Shown here: positions 27,802 to 39,308 of the stretch, one piece after another
How positions within the stretch are numbered: position 1 is the first letter of the stretch
How the letters are laid out: each line of letters starts with the position of its first letter
Virus record (IMG/VR): IMGVR_UViG_3300034117_001294
Location: 124,001 to 188,000 of that record
DNA length: 64,000 bases
Direction: 5' to 3' (one strand)
Made by a program: the position numbers and the translations under genes
The notes under the pieces: model-generated
Databases searched by the model: none
Told to the model about the DNA's origin: nothing
Seen by the model: only the letters and a program-made list of their open reading frames with translations

Positions 27802-30531
27802 ATGACAGCACCAGTATGGATTACCAATGCGGGGTTCCTGGGCACGTTAACAGAACGAACTGCTATTAATATACCATTTTCAGTTGAAGGCACTGGATCT
27901 ACATTCAGTGTTATAAGCGGGAAGCTTCCGGACGGAATGGTTTTACAATTAGTAACTACTGCTACGTCGACTACTACAACTGGGTTTATTATTGGAAACC
28001 CTATGAGCGTGCCTTCTACAATTAGAAGTCAATTTGTAGTTCGTGCAAAAAATGCACAGGGTGTAGCTGACCGTACGTTTTCAGTAGATGTAACTAGCAA
28101 TCAAGATCCAGTATGGGTAACTCCTAGCGGATTCCTAGCAGTAGGAACCAGTGGTGAGTGTTTTGCAGTAAACGAACATATTGTAGATTATCAATTGTCT
28201 GCTGTAGCTAATGTCTTGTTTGAAAATATGAAACTAAGATATTACATTGCAGACGGAGACGGGCAACTACCCAAAGGGATTAAATTAACTGAAGACGGTA
28301 GATTAACTGGCGTTATTGATGAAATAACTGTGCAAGAAGAGCCGGTTGGAGTTTCAGGCAACGGATACGACACTGAAAAATATGACCGTTATCCGTATGA
28401 TAGTGCTTTCATTATTGAAAATAAAACTAATCGTCCAAAATACATTAAGAAAATTTATCAATTCTATGTAACTGCCACTGACAGTTTTAATAGCAGTCGT
28501 AAATTATTTAAATTGCAAGTTGTTGATGTAAACAGCTTACGTGCAGACACTGGGTATATTTCAGCAGATGCAAGATGTTTTCAAGCAGGCGACAGTTACT
28601 TGTATGCACCTGCTTGGCTAAGTCCGGCGAACTTGGGTATTCGTCGTGCCGCGAACTATCAAATTGTTAGAATACAAACATATGATCCGCACCCTGAACT
28701 AGGTGCAGTTAATTGGATCTGGGATAATATTAGTGTAAATCCGGAAGTACGAGCTATTGCTGATACTCAGTACAATACAGGACCAAGTGGCTTACCTGTA
28801 ACTGTAAGAGGTGTAGTTGATACGTTTGCTGAGTTACCGTTAGTTAATACCATCGGTGATTTGTACAATGTAGTAGATGAAACTGTTAGCTATGTGTGGA
28901 ACGGAACGGATTGGGAAAGTGCAGACTTCTTACCTAAGTATAACCGTGCTGGTATGAGTGAGGTGCATTTAAAGAGCTTGTCTAGCTTGCCTCAAGTTGG
29001 ACAATTGCTTAGATTGGACACATATGTGCCCGATGCAATATACGATACTACTTATACAATCAGTTCAGTGACAGGAACTACTTCAACTTGTGTAGTTGGT
29101 ATTAAACATAGTCCAGTACTTGTAGGCGATACGGTAGTATATGACACTACACTAAGAGACGACATTCCAGATAATACTATTCTATTCGTTGGAAGTGAGA
29201 GTCAAAAGCCGCCCGGATTTAATTTAAATGAAACGTCTGGAGACCTATACGGACAAATTCCGTACATACCTGCATATAGTGAAGATTACAAATTTACTAT
29301 TAGGATGATTAAAACTGATCCTAAGACCGGAGATCAAAGTAAAAGCGATAGAGTATTTCAATTAAGACTACAAGGCAGTGTAAACACTGATTTACAATGG
29401 ATTACTACCTCTACCGTAGGAACAATTGCAGCAGGATATCAAAGTGAGCTATCAGTAGTAGCACAACATGAAAATTTACCCGACTTAGGAATTCAATACA
29501 GATTTGTACAAGGTGAATTACCTGCAGGTTTAGAATTTAAGAATGACGGAAGTATTGTGGGGAAAATTCCTTATGGTGGAACTACTGAAGTTGATTACTA
29601 CCAACCTACAGAATTTACCATCGATGGTGGCGGAACTACATTTGACCGTGCATATACGTTTACAGTAGAAGCTACTAATGCCTATCGACTGGCAACAATT
29701 GATCAAGAGTTTACAATTCTTATTGGAGACAACGATCCAACTCCGTTTAGCAGCGTGTACATGAGACCGTTCATGGCACGACATAGAAGAAAAGTCTATA
29801 GAGATTTTATTAACAATAGAGATGTATTCGATCCAAAGGTATTATACCGACCATCGGATCCAGCATTCGGGCTACAAAAAGATATTCGAATGACTTTAGA
29901 GTACGGCATTGAGCGATTAAACTTAGCTGAATACGTTTTAGGGCTACAGAATTATTTCTACAATAAGAGATTCTATTTTGGAGATGTCAAGACAATTCCT
30001 GCAGAAGACGCTCAAGGAAATTATGTTTACGACTTTGTCTACGTTGACATTATTGACAGCCAAAGTAATACATTAGGGAAAAGTCCGGATAATATCAGTT
30101 TCTTGATTAATCAGGGACTGGTTAATTTATACAGTAATAGCGTTGAAAACTGGCAAAAGAGTCTAGAAAGCGTTCAAATATACGGCGAAACTATTAAAGT
30201 AGACGAATATTTACGTCCTAGATTTATGAGTACTATTCAACAGGCAACTGGAGCACCTTTAGGATTTATTAAAGCGATGCCAATTTGTTATGCATTACCC
30301 GGCGAAGGCTATAAAATTAAAAGAAAGATTGAGCTTAATGGATTTGACTTTAAGTTAATTGATTTCGAAGTTGATAGATTAATTATTGATCAAACACTAG
30401 ATTACAGTGGCGATAAATATCTCAAGTTCCCAATTAAGAATGTTGATGATGTACAACCATTAAATGTGCTGGCTGGTCCAGACGGTATCATTATTACTGA
30501 CTCTGATGGAAACGCACTACTAGTTGAATAA
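27802..30531 (+). CDS. baseplate wedge-like protein with Ig-like repeats
   Basis: Repeated P-x-W-(I/V)T...G.L and SG.LP.G...G.(I/L).G motifs. Confidence 0.6.
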   Translation: MTAPVWITNAGFLGTLTERTAINIPFSVEGTGSTFSVISGKLPDGMVLQLVTTATSTTTTGFIIGNPMSVPSTIRSQFVVRAKNAQGVADRTFSVDVTSNQDPVWVTPSGFLAVGTSGECFAVNEHIVDYQLSAVANVLFENMKLRYYIADGDGQLPKGIKLTEDGRLTGVIDEITVQEEPVGVSGNGYDTEKYDRYPYDSAFIIENKTNRPKYIKKIYQFYVTATDSFNSSRKLFKLQVVDVNSLRADTGYISADARCFQAGDSYLYAPAWLSPANLGIRRAANYQIVRIQTYDPHPELGAVNWIWDNISVNPEVRAIADTQYNTGPSGLPVTVRGVVDTFAELPLVNTIGDLYNVVDETVSYVWNGTDWESADFLPKYNRAGMSEVHLKSLSSLPQVGQLLRLDTYVPDAIYDTTYTISSVTGTTSTCVVGIKHSPVLVGDTVVYDTTLRDDIPDNTILFVGSESQKPPGFNLNETSGDLYGQIPYIPAYSEDYKFTIRMIKTDPKTGDQSKSDRVFQLRLQGSVNTDLQWITTSTVGTIAAGYQSELSVVAQHENLPDLGIQYRFVQGELPAGLEFKNDGSIVGKIPYGGTTEVDYYQPTEFTIDGGGTTFDRAYTFTVEATNAYRLATIDQEFTILIGDNDPTPFSSVYMRPFMARHRRKVYRDFINNRDVFDPKVLYRPSDPAFGLQKDIRMTLEYGIERLNLAEYVLGLQNYFYNKRFYFGDVKTIPAEDAQGNYVYDFVYVDIIDSQSNTLGKSPDNISFLINQGLVNLYSNSVENWQKSLESVQIYGETIKVDEYLRPRFMSTIQQATGAPLGFIKAMPICYALPGEGYKIKRKIELNGFDFKLIDFEVDRLIIDQTLDYSGDKYLKFPIKNVDDVQPLNVLAGPDGIIITDSDGNALLVE

Positions 30532-30534
30532 AAG

Positions 30535-33072
30535 ATGAGCACAATAAGTAATTTACCACCGTTAAACACACTAACCAATGCTGTTCTGATACCAGTAGCG
30601 GATACTTCTACCAGACAAACATACTATGTAACTGTAGAAACATTAGGAACATTTTTTAGTAGAGAAACTGCGGTAGGTGCTAGCGGAGCCACTGGACCGA
30701 TTGGTCTACGAGGTGCCACAGGCAGCGGATCAACTGGTGCTACGGGGCAAGGTGGTTCAACTGGATCTACTGGTCCAAAAGGTGATATTGGCTATCCCGG
30801 AGGAACTGGTGCTACTGGTCCGCAAGGTATCCCAGGTACTGCTGCATTTATGGGTGCAACTGGTGCAACCGGAAGTCAAGGGCCTGCTGGTAGTGCAGGT
30901 GCTACAGGTAGTGCAGGTGCTACTGGTAGCGGTGCTACTGGTTCTACAGGTGCCCAAGGTGCAACCGGTGAACAAGGTGCAACCGGTCTCCAGGGTATTC
31001 CCGGAATAGCAGCATTCCAAGGCGGTACTGGTTCCACTGGTCAACAAGGTATTCCCGGCCAAGGCGGTACAGGTGCAACTGGTGCTCAAGGATCAACAGG
31101 TTCTACAGGACCCCAAGGTGCTACTGGTATTGCTGGAACATTTGCAGGTCAAGGCGGTACGGGTTCAACTGGACCAATTGGTTCAACTGGTGCTACAGGC
31201 GAAGGTGCTACAGGTGCAACAGGGGAAATTGGTCAGCCATTTGTTATTGATGCTGTAGGGTATTGGCCAACTCCGTACGACGAACGAAGTCAATATGATG
31301 ATCGTCCGTTTGGTTTTGCATTTTTAGAACTAGGTACCGGAACATTATACATTAAACAAAACGGAGATGGTAACTGGAGTGCAGGTGCACCATTTGGCGG
31401 TGCAGGTGCAACTGGTGCTACTGGACAAGGAACTACAGGTGCAACTGGTATAGGCAGTCCGGGTGCTACTGGACCAGTTGGCGGAACTGGGGCTACTGGC
31501 AATTTTGGTGCAACTGGTGCTACTGGCATTCAAGGACCGACTGGCGACTTAGGTACAACAGGTGCAACTGGTCCGTTAGGATCAACAGGTGCTACAGGTA
31601 ACTTTGGTGCTACTGGTGCTACCGGACTCCGAGGTGCTACAGGTGCAACTGGTCCGCAAGGATCAACTGGATTAGGTGCTACAGGTGCAACCGGAGCAGA
31701 CGGTGCTACCGGTCCAGACGGTGCTACTGGTTCAACTGGACCAATTGGCGGTGACGGTGCTACCGGTGCAACTGGTATTCAAGGCGAGTTAGGCTCAACT
31801 GGTGCTACAGGCATTGGTTCAACTGGTGCCACAGGTGCTACTGGTAACCAAGGAGAGCCGGGTGCTACAGGTGCTACAGGACAAGGTGCTACAGGTGCAA
31901 CAGGTGCCATTGGAGCAACAGGTGCAACAGGTGCTACTGGATTACAAGGCAGCACAGGTGCAACTGGCCCGTTAGGAACTACAGGTGCAACCGGTGCAAC
32001 CGGTGCTACTGGTCCTGCAGGTGCTACTGGTTCAGAAGGTCCAAGTATACCGGGAACTACAGGTGCGACAGGTGCGACAGGGCCGGCTGGGGCTACCGGA
32101 GCAGTCGGTTTACAAGGCAGTGAAGGAGCATCTGGTGCTACTGGTGCAACTGGTCCTCAAGGCAAATATATTACCACTGCTACATTAACTTCTAGCAATA
32201 CAATAATTGAATTTACATTAAGCGATGCTTCCGTAATAAGTGTTGGTCCAATAACCGGTGCTACTGGTCCTAGTGGGGCTACAGGTGCAACTGGAGCAGA
32301 AGGTGTAATGGGTGCTACTGGTGCTACTGGAATAGGATCAACAGGTGCGACCGGAGCAACTGGTGCAACTGGATCAATGGGAGCAACTGGTCCACAAGGA
32401 GATATCGGACTTCCAGGAAGTACAGGATCAACTGGTTTGTGGGGGTCTACTGGGCCTGCTGGATATGATGGTGCCACAGGTGCCACAGGTGCTCAAGGAT
32501 CATCGGGTGCAACTGGTGCTCAAGGATCAACTGGTGCCACTGGATTAACTGGTGCTACTGGTTCGAGTAATGCACAGGCCGCAGCTTTAGAAATTGTGCC
32601 TTATGCAGGCGGATTTACATACTATGCTAAAGGATATGAAGATAATATTACTGCTACTATTGTTGCAAGAGATGACCTAGGTGATATTAGAGGATCGTTC
32701 TTTAGAGGAACTGCTACTGTTGCAGTGTATGCTGACTTGGCAGAAAAATATCTAACAGACCGAGAATACTCAGTCGGTACTGTGATGACAGTTGGTGGCA
32801 TTGCAGAAGTTACCGCGGTAACAACTAGTGACTGTTATGTTATCGGTGTAGTCTCCGGTAAGCCTGCATATATGATGAATAGTGAATTAGAAGGCGGAAC
32901 ATATATTGCGTTAACTGGTCGTGTACCAGTTAAAGTAGAAGGGTACGTGTTAAAAGGCGAACCTATTTGGCCGTACATGGATGGCAAAGGCAGTACAACT
33001 AGCAATGGCCGACAACCATTTGCATTTGCATTAGAAAACGGTTCAGGCATTGTGGAGTGTTTAGTTAAATGA
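30535..33072 (+). CDS. collagen-like fibre with C-terminal chaperone domain
   Basis: Long Gly-X-Thr repeats; C-terminal YADLAEKY...GRVPVKV. Confidence 0.8.
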   Translation: MSTISNLPPLNTLTNAVLIPVADTSTRQTYYVTVETLGTFFSRETAVGASGATGPIGLRGATGSGSTGATGQGGSTGSTGPKGDIGYPGGTGATGPQGIPGTAAFMGATGATGSQGPAGSAGATGSAGATGSGATGSTGAQGATGEQGATGLQGIPGIAAFQGGTGSTGQQGIPGQGGTGATGAQGSTGSTGPQGATGIAGTFAGQGGTGSTGPIGSTGATGEGATGATGEIGQPFVIDAVGYWPTPYDERSQYDDRPFGFAFLELGTGTLYIKQNGDGNWSAGAPFGGAGATGATGQGTTGATGIGSPGATGPVGGTGATGNFGATGATGIQGPTGDLGTTGATGPLGSTGATGNFGATGATGLRGATGATGPQGSTGLGATGATGADGATGPDGATGSTGPIGGDGATGATGIQGELGSTGATGIGSTGATGATGNQGEPGATGATGQGATGATGAIGATGATGATGLQGSTGATGPLGTTGATGATGATGPAGATGSEGPSIPGTTGATGATGPAGATGAVGLQGSEGASGATGATGPQGKYITTATLTSSNTIIEFTLSDASVISVGPITGATGPSGATGATGAEGVMGATGATGIGSTGATGATGATGSMGATGPQGDIGLPGSTGSTGLWGSTGPAGYDGATGATGAQGSSGATGAQGSTGATGLTGATGSSNAQAAALEIVPYAGGFTYYAKGYEDNITATIVARDDLGDIRGSFFRGTATVAVYADLAEKYLTDREYSVGTVMTVGGIAEVTAVTTSDCYVIGVVSGKPAYMMNSELEGGTYIALTGRVPVKVEGYVLKGEPIWPYMDGKGSTTSNGRQPFAFALENGSGIVECLVK

Positions 33073-36017
33073 GTACCATTAGTAATCTACCCGTTATTGG
33101 TTCAATAACAACGGCAACTAGTATGCCTGTTGCTGACGGCAACCTAACTAAACAGATGACTGTAGGGCAGTTAGGCGAATTCATTAATAATGAATTAGTC
33201 ACATTCAATGTGTCAACGGCAACTACTAGCACTATTGGCGGAATTAAAATTGGCGATGGTTTAAATATTGACCAAGAAGGATTTTTAAATGTAACAACTG
33301 TTGCTACTACTGCAACTACTTCTACTCTAGGAACAATTATAGTAGGCGACGGTTTAGAAATTGTTGAAGGTGTAGTCAATGTAGTTTCAATGGGTGCAAC
33401 TGGTGCTCGGGGTGCAACTGGCACTAGAGGATCGACTGGTGCAACTGGTCCTAGACTGACCGCAGTAATTTCAACTTCAAGACCATCGGTGGCAGCGGCT
33501 GGGGACATGTGGCTTGATACTCAAGAAACAGGACAACTGTTTACTTACAACGGTTCTGTTTGGGTATCAGCAAGTCCTGGTGGTGCTGTTGGAGAAACGG
33601 GAGCAACTGGTTCAGTCGGTGCTACGGGTGCAACTGGGTATCAGGGTGCCACCGGTGCTACCGGATTTACTGGCGGGCCAGGTGCTACAGGCTTAACCGG
33701 TGCAACTGGTGCCCAAGGCATTCCTGGCACATTTGCAGGTCAAGGGTCTACTGGTGCAAGCGGATTGCCGGGCGTAGACGGTGCAACTGGTGCAACTGGT
33801 AGTGGTAGCACAGGTGCAACCGGAGTTGGTTTCATTCCTTTGTATTCTCAAACTACTGCAACTATCAGTTTAAACACTGTAACTTTCGTAACTCATTTAT
33901 CGTCTAGTACTGTAGCGTATACAGTAAGTTCTAGAGTAAGGGCTACTGCGGACGCTGATATTTTATCAAACTTTGACGGCATTGTTGAAAGTTTTATTGG
34001 AGATCAGCTCACTATTAGACCGTTAACTAGCTTTGGTGCAGGAACATTCCAAGCATGGACTATAACATTAGTCGGCGGACAAGGTGCTAGAGGTTCTACA
34101 GGACCGGATGGTGCTACCGGAGCAACGGGTATTGGATCTACTGGTGCTACCGGTGCTACTGGACCTCAAGGTGCTACTGGTGCAGGTGCTACAGGTGCTC
34201 AGGGAGAAATTGGATCTACTGGTGCTACCGGTGCTACTGGACTTCAAGGGGCAACAGGTAGTGGTAGTACAGGTGCTACAGGAAATATTGGATCAACTGG
34301 TGCTACAGGTGCTACAGGTGCAACTGGGCCAGTTGGTTCAACAGGTGCTACAGGTGCTACAGGTGCTACTGGTCCTCAAGGTGCTACTGGGCCCCAAGGC
34401 ATTCCTGGAACGTTTGCAGGTCAAGGAGCAACAGGTGCTCAGGGAGAAATTGGATCTACTGGTGCAACTGGATTGCAAGGCGGCACAGGTTCTACTGGAC
34501 CTCAAGGATCTGAAGGAAATATTGGTGCTACTGGTGCTCAGGGATCAACTGGTGCAACCGGAGCAGGTGCAACTGGAGCGACAGGTGCTATTGGAGCAAC
34601 AGGTGCTACTGGTGCTACTGGTCCAGCAGGTGCTACAGGATCTGGTGCTACAGGTGCAACCGGTGCACAGGGTGCTACAGGCCCACAGGGACAAAACGGT
34701 GCCACCGGTCAAGGTGCTTCAGGTTCAACTGGACCGCAAGGTGATCAAGGATCAACAGGAGCAACCGGATTAACAGGTTCAACTGGTCTGGGTGCCACAG
34801 GTTCAACTGGTGCAACTGGATTCATCGGTGCTACAGGTGCCGTTGGTGAGTTCGGTAGTACAGGTGCTACAGGTATTCAAGGCACTACCGGAGCGTTTGG
34901 AGCAACAGGTGCTACAGGACCGACTGGAACTAGAGGATCAACAGGGGCTACTGGCCCAGCAGGTGCTACTGGTAGTGGTTCTACCGGTGCTACAGGTGCA
35001 GCCGGACAGTTTGGGTCTACTGGGGCTACAGGGCAATGGGGATCTACTGGTGCTACTGGTCTATGGGGATCTACTGGTGCCACTGGTCCAACAGGATCAA
35101 CTGGACCTGGATACCTACAACTAATTTCTACATCAACTACCTTAGTTATAACTACCAGTACTTCGACTTTTGTATTTCAAGTTGATAAAGCATACGGAAC
35201 TAATGCGTATACAACATCAACTCGTGTTCGTGCAGTGGCATTTACCAGTACTGCATTTAGCACAGTTATTGACGGCTACGTTGAATGGTATACTGGCACT
35301 AATATAGGTATTGCTCCATATACCATTAACGGGCCGGGAACATTTAAAGATTGGTCTATTAGTCTTACTGGTGCAAGAGGATTTCAAGGATTTACAGGTG
35401 CCACTGGTCCTGCTGGTGCAACAGGTGCAATTGCAAATCCATTAAGTAGCGTCTTTACAATTACAAATACTACCAGTGCAACTTCAACAAACTCTGGTGC
35501 TCTACAAGTTGTAGGTGGTGCTGGCATTGGCGGAAACTTACATGTTGGCGGAAATATTTCAGTCAATAATAGTCAGGCTGTAAACGGCCCTGCATTCTCA
35601 GTTTATCCAGACTCGGGAGTAACGCAGACAATTACTTCTGGAACACAACAAAAAGTGTTGTTCCAACTTGAAGATTTTGACACTAATGGAAATTTTGCCA
35701 GTTCAAGATTTACGCCCACTGTTGCAGGTTATTATCAACTAAATGCCGCAGTTCGCATAAGCGGTACTATGGGTACTGGTGAAAGCATGTTAGTTATTTG
35801 GAAAAATGGATCAGAGTATAAGCGTGGTTGGAATGCAAGTGGCACAGAAGTAGGTGCTAGTTTCTTTAGCATGGGCGTAAGCACTATAGCTTATGCTAAC
35901 GGAACTGGAGATTATTTTGAAGTCTATATTCAACAGACTAGCGGCAGCAGTAAAGATATTACCGTTGCTGGCGGAAACATTACATGGTTTAACGGCTGCA
36001 TGATGCGTGGTGCGTAA
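33069..36017 (+). CDS. collagen-like fibre with C1q-like head
   Basis: GAT/GST repeats; C-terminal PAFSVY...KVLFQ.EDFDT...[10 protein letters not shown]. Confidence 0.8.
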   Translation: MSTISNLPVIGSITTATSMPVADGNLTKQMTVGQLGEFINNELVTFNVSTATTSTIGGIKIGDGLNIDQEGFLNVTTVATTATTSTLGTIIVGDGLEIVEGVVNVVSMGATGARGATGTRGSTGATGPRLTAVISTSRPSVAAAGDMWLDTQETGQLFTYNGSVWVSASPGGAVGETGATGSVGATGATGYQGATGATGFTGGPGATGLTGATGAQGIPGTFAGQGSTGASGLPGVDGATGATGSGSTGATGVGFIPLYSQTTATISLNTVTFVTHLSSSTVAYTVSSRVRATADADILSNFDGIVESFIGDQLTIRPLTSFGAGTFQAWTITLVGGQGARGSTGPDGATGATGIGSTGATGATGPQGATGAGATGAQGEIGSTGATGATGLQGATGSGSTGATGNIGSTGATGATGATGPVGSTGATGATGATGPQGATGPQGIPGTFAGQGATGAQGEIGSTGATGLQGGTGSTGPQGSEGNIGATGAQGSTGATGAGATGATGAIGATGATGATGPAGATGSGATGATGAQGATGPQGQNGATGQGASGSTGPQGDQGSTGATGLTGSTGLGATGSTGATGFIGATGAVGEFGSTGATGIQGTTGAFGATGATGPTGTRGSTGATGPAGATGSGSTGATGAAGQFGSTGATGQWGSTGATGLWGSTGATGPTGSTGPGYLQLISTSTTLVITTSTSTFVFQVDKAYGTNAYTTSTRVRAVAFTSTAFSTVIDGYVEWYTGTNIGIAPYTINGPGTFKDWSISLTGARGFQGFTGATGPAGATGAIANPLSSVFTITNTTSATSTNSGALQVVGGAGIGGNLHVGGNISVNNSQAVNGPAFSVYPDSGVTQTITSGTQQKVLFQLEDFDTNGNFASSRFTPTVAGYYQLNAAVRISGTMGTGESMLVIWKNGSEYKRGWNASGTEVGASFFSMGVSTIAYANGTGDYFEVYIQQTSGSSKDITVAGGNITWFNGCMMRGA

Positions 36018-36038
36018 TTAGAAATATAGGAATACACA

Positions 36039-36872
36039 ATGGCAATTCAATTTCCATCAAGCCCGATAGCTGGTCAAGTTTACACTTACAACGGCAGTCT
36101 TTGGGTTTATAACAGCACATCAACAGCATGGGTTGCAGGCCCATTACCTAGAGGTGCCACAGGTGCAACTGGTATGCCGGGTGCCACAGGTCCTAGAGGA
36201 TTAGACGGAACTGTAGCGTTTGCAGGTGCTACTGGTGCAACTGGGCAAAGTGGATCAACAGGACCGGGTGGTGCTACCGGATTGCAAGGAATCCCCGGAA
36301 CTGCGGCAGCACAGGGCAGCACAGGTGCTACTGGCCCTCAAGGGGCAACCGGACCACAAGGAGCTACTGGTCAAGGTGCCACAGGTGCTACGGGTGCAAT
36401 TGGTTCGTCCGGTGCTACTGGTACTGGCAATGACGGTTCTACTGGTGCTACTGGTCTAAGAGGGGCAACAGGTGCTACTGGTATTACTGGTGCAACGGGT
36501 CAAATAGGCCTAACTGGCTCAACTGGACTAACTGGTGCAACAGGTAATCTAGGAGCAACTGGGGCTGTTACAGTAGTGGGCAATACTTACACTGTGCAGA
36601 CTCTTTACATCTCAACGCTAACTGTTACCGGAGTAAGCACTGCTGCAACTATTCAATCAGGCAACGATCTTAATTTACGGGCTGCTGGACAAATTACTGT
36701 TAACAGTCCTTTTGTATTAACTACTGCAACTACTGCACAATTATCTGCGTTAGGTGCAATTACACGACAAGGTGCAATACTTTATGTAGTAGATGCTGCG
36801 GGCGGTGGGCAACCTTGTTTCTATGACGGAGCCAATTGGAGACTATTCACTGATAGAACAGTGATATCGTAA
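36039..36872 (+). CDS. short collagen-like fibre
   Basis: N-terminal [21 protein letters not shown] repeats. Confidence 0.75.
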   Translation: MAIQFPSSPIAGQVYTYNGSLWVYNSTSTAWVAGPLPRGATGATGMPGATGPRGLDGTVAFAGATGATGQSGSTGPGGATGLQGIPGTAAAQGSTGATGPQGATGPQGATGQGATGATGAIGSSGATGTGNDGSTGATGLRGATGATGITGATGQIGLTGSTGLTGATGNLGATGAVTVVGNTYTVQTLYISTLTVTGVSTAATIQSGNDLNLRAAGQITVNSPFVLTTATTAQLSALGAITRQGAILYVVDAAGGGQPCFYDGANWRLFTDRTVIS

Positions 36873-36875
36873 GGA

Positions 36876-38450
36876 ATGTCAATGTTACGAAAATATTATG
36901 TCGTAGTTGAAAATCCAAATGACAAGCCCGGCGTTCATGCAGATTTGACTACGGATTATTCAGACGAAGCCATTCCAGAACGTGCCGTAGAAATCATTAA
37001 CCCAATGCTGCACAGTGAGCACAATTCTACTGTGATGCTAACTGACGAAGAAGCGGCGGCACTGATGTCCGATCTTAGGATCAAAGAAGTTCATAGAGAT
37101 CCTGTTGAAATGGGCGTTAAGAAAAGAACAACAGGTATTAGAACTGGTGTTTTTAACAAATCAGTTGAGCCTTTTCAGACTTCAAAAAATTGGGGTTTGA
37201 TTAGATGCCTAAGCACAGTGACTAATTTTCCAACAGGGTTTGGGTCTAGTACTGGTCCATTTACTTTTAATCTAAATGGTTCAGGAGTTGATATAATTAT
37301 TATCGATACAGGTGTCGAGCCTAACCATCCAGAATTTGCAGTTAATGCAGACGGTACTGGAGGTAGCAGAGTTGTAGATTACGACTGGACACAGCACGGA
37401 ATTATTACATCTGCACCCACAGGCGGGTTCTTAGGGGACTGCGATGGACATGGCAGCAACTGTGCCAGCATTGCGGCAGGCAATACACAGGGTTGGGCAC
37501 CGGGTGCAAATATCTATAGTCTACGTTCAGTTGGTTCAGGTGCGGCAACAGAATACGATATAACAGATGGCAGAGAATTAGGACTGTTAGATGACTTTGA
37601 AGTTTGGCAAACTATCAGAGCATTTCATGTAGCTAAGTCTGTAGATCCCACAACTGGTTACAAGAGACCTACTATTGTTAATTGCAGTTTTGGTTTCTTT
37701 TATAGCTACACAAGAGTAACAGGTATTAGATATCGTAGTACTAACTATGCCGTATCAACTACTACTGCGGCATACGGAACTATCGGAATTCCCGAAGGTG
37801 GCATAGGTGTACACGGATATTTCTATCCTGCATTAAATGCTGAAATAGAAAGTTGTATCAATGCCGGAGTTATTGTAGTAGCTGCTGCCGGTAACGATCG
37901 TCATAAAATTGATGTCAGCGGTGGTCTCGATTATAACAACTATTGGACTGAATATACGGGCTTTACTTATTATTACCATAGAGGATCAACTCCTGCAGGT
38001 ACTAATGGAGTAATCTGTGTCGGTGCAATTGCAGCCTATGCAACTGCTGCGGTTAATCCCGAACATAAACGAGATTTTAGCTGCACAGGACCCGGGGTAG
38101 ATATATGGGCCCCAGGAGATTATATTATGGGTGCATATGCAAATAGTGCATATGCATATCCTGCGGTAGCGGATCCTAGAAATTCTAATTACTATCTAAA
38201 TGCCGTATCCGGAACCAGTCAAGCATGTCCACAGGTAGTGGGTGTATTGGCCAATGTGTTACAGGCAAGACCACAGATGACTCAACAACAGTGTTTAAAT
38301 TGGACAACTTCTACAGGCAGCACATGGAAAGTTAACGAAAGTTATTACGGCGGTTCTGGCTACACTAACTGGGGCAGCTTACAAGGTGGCTCAGCTAAAG
38401 CATTGTATCAGGTTTTTAATTCTGCAACACCCCTCACAATCTTCGGATAA
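36876..38450 (+). CDS. subtilisin-like S8 serine protease
   Basis: IIDTG (Asp), GHGSNCASIAAG (His), AAAGN oxyanion, SGTSQACPQV (Ser). Confidence 0.9.
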   Translation: MSMLRKYYVVVENPNDKPGVHADLTTDYSDEAIPERAVEIINPMLHSEHNSTVMLTDEEAAALMSDLRIKEVHRDPVEMGVKKRTTGIRTGVFNKSVEPFQTSKNWGLIRCLSTVTNFPTGFGSSTGPFTFNLNGSGVDIIIIDTGVEPNHPEFAVNADGTGGSRVVDYDWTQHGIITSAPTGGFLGDCDGHGSNCASIAAGNTQGWAPGANIYSLRSVGSGAATEYDITDGRELGLLDDFEVWQTIRAFHVAKSVDPTTGYKRPTIVNCSFGFFYSYTRVTGIRYRSTNYAVSTTTAAYGTIGIPEGGIGVHGYFYPALNAEIESCINAGVIVVAAAGNDRHKIDVSGGLDYNNYWTEYTGFTYYYHRGSTPAGTNGVICVGAIAAYATAAVNPEHKRDFSCTGPGVDIWAPGDYIMGAYANSAYAYPAVADPRNSNYYLNAVSGTSQACPQVVGVLANVLQARPQMTQQQCLNWTTSTGSTWKVNESYYGGSGYTNWGSLQGGSAKALYQVFNSATPLTIFG

Positions 38451-38477
38451 ATATCTACTGTTCTTAGAGAGAAACAT

Positions 38478-39056
38478 ATGTCAAGCACCGTAACCAATTT
38501 TAGTAACAATATCAATGTTTTATATCCTGTGCCAGGAGTAGATAACGATACTCAGGGATTTCGAGATAACTTTGCCAGCATCAAAAATGCACTGCAATCT
38601 GCGGCCCAAGAATTAACTCAACTAGAATTAACTTCTGTAAAACTAAACGATGTAAATGACTACGGATACGAAGGCAGCATATATCGAGGAGTGCTCAAAG
38701 CAACAGGTATTGCAGGAACAGTTATTGATGACATATCATCAAGTACTCAAATAAACTATCAACTAGGTGGATATCATAAAGTTACTGTAGACGGTGCTGC
38801 AACCTTAACAGTGATCAACTGGCCATCTGATAGCAACATATATTCAACAGTAAGGTTTGAAATCTTAAACGCAACTACGTTAACAGGAACTATCAGTTTT
38901 ACACAAGGTAGTAATGTGTTAAAGAAGGAAGCAAGTTTAACATTACCGCACGTTTTAGGAACTAATACAGAAGTATCTCACATATTTGAAATGTCAACTG
39001 CTGATGCAGGAGACACTGTATTCATAAAGTTTATCGGCACATATACTAATGTTTAA
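38478..39056 (+). CDS. putative structural protein
   Basis: TAAATA upstream; YPVPGVDNDTQGFRDNF motif. Confidence 0.5.
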   Translation: MSSTVTNFSNNINVLYPVPGVDNDTQGFRDNFASIKNALQSAAQELTQLELTSVKLNDVNDYGYEGSIYRGVLKATGIAGTVIDDISSSTQINYQLGGYHKVTVDGAATLTVINWPSDSNIYSTVRFEILNATTLTGTISFTQGSNVLKKEASLTLPHVLGTNTEVSHIFEMSTADAGDTVFIKFIGTYTNV

Positions 39057-39291
39057 CCCGTTGCTGGCAAATCCTGCTGATTTAAAAGATGCAGAACTAG
39101 AACAAAGAATTTTAGATCTCTCTAGAAAGTACGGTATTGCAGCAAGAACAGGAATGAATCAGGTATTACCACAAATTATTGTTGTGCTTAATACCTATAG
39201 AGAAGAAATGGCCAAACGGAATCAAGCAGCATTACAGGGTGCAACTAAGAAGAATAATGGCAATATTGACGACTTGATTAACGTAGATTAA
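39049..39291 (+). CDS. hypothetical protein
   Basis: Coupled ORF. Confidence 0.55.
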   Translation: MFNPLLANPADLKDAELEQRILDLSRKYGIAARTGMNQVLPQIIVVLNTYREEMAKRNQAALQGATKKNNGNIDDLINVD

Positions 39292-39308
39292 TATGTTAAA
39301 CTTGTTAA

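Noticed and set aside
30677-36459. Many overlapping alternative-frame and antisense ORFs (PVAPVAP..., VLQVLQV...)
   Set aside because: These are shadows of the Gly-X-Thr codon repeats, with no independent RBS or promoter.
30700-36560. Highly repetitive DNA suggestive of a CRISPR or satellite array
   Set aside because: The 9-nt periodicity is fully explained by collagen coding; there are no constant repeats with unique spacers.
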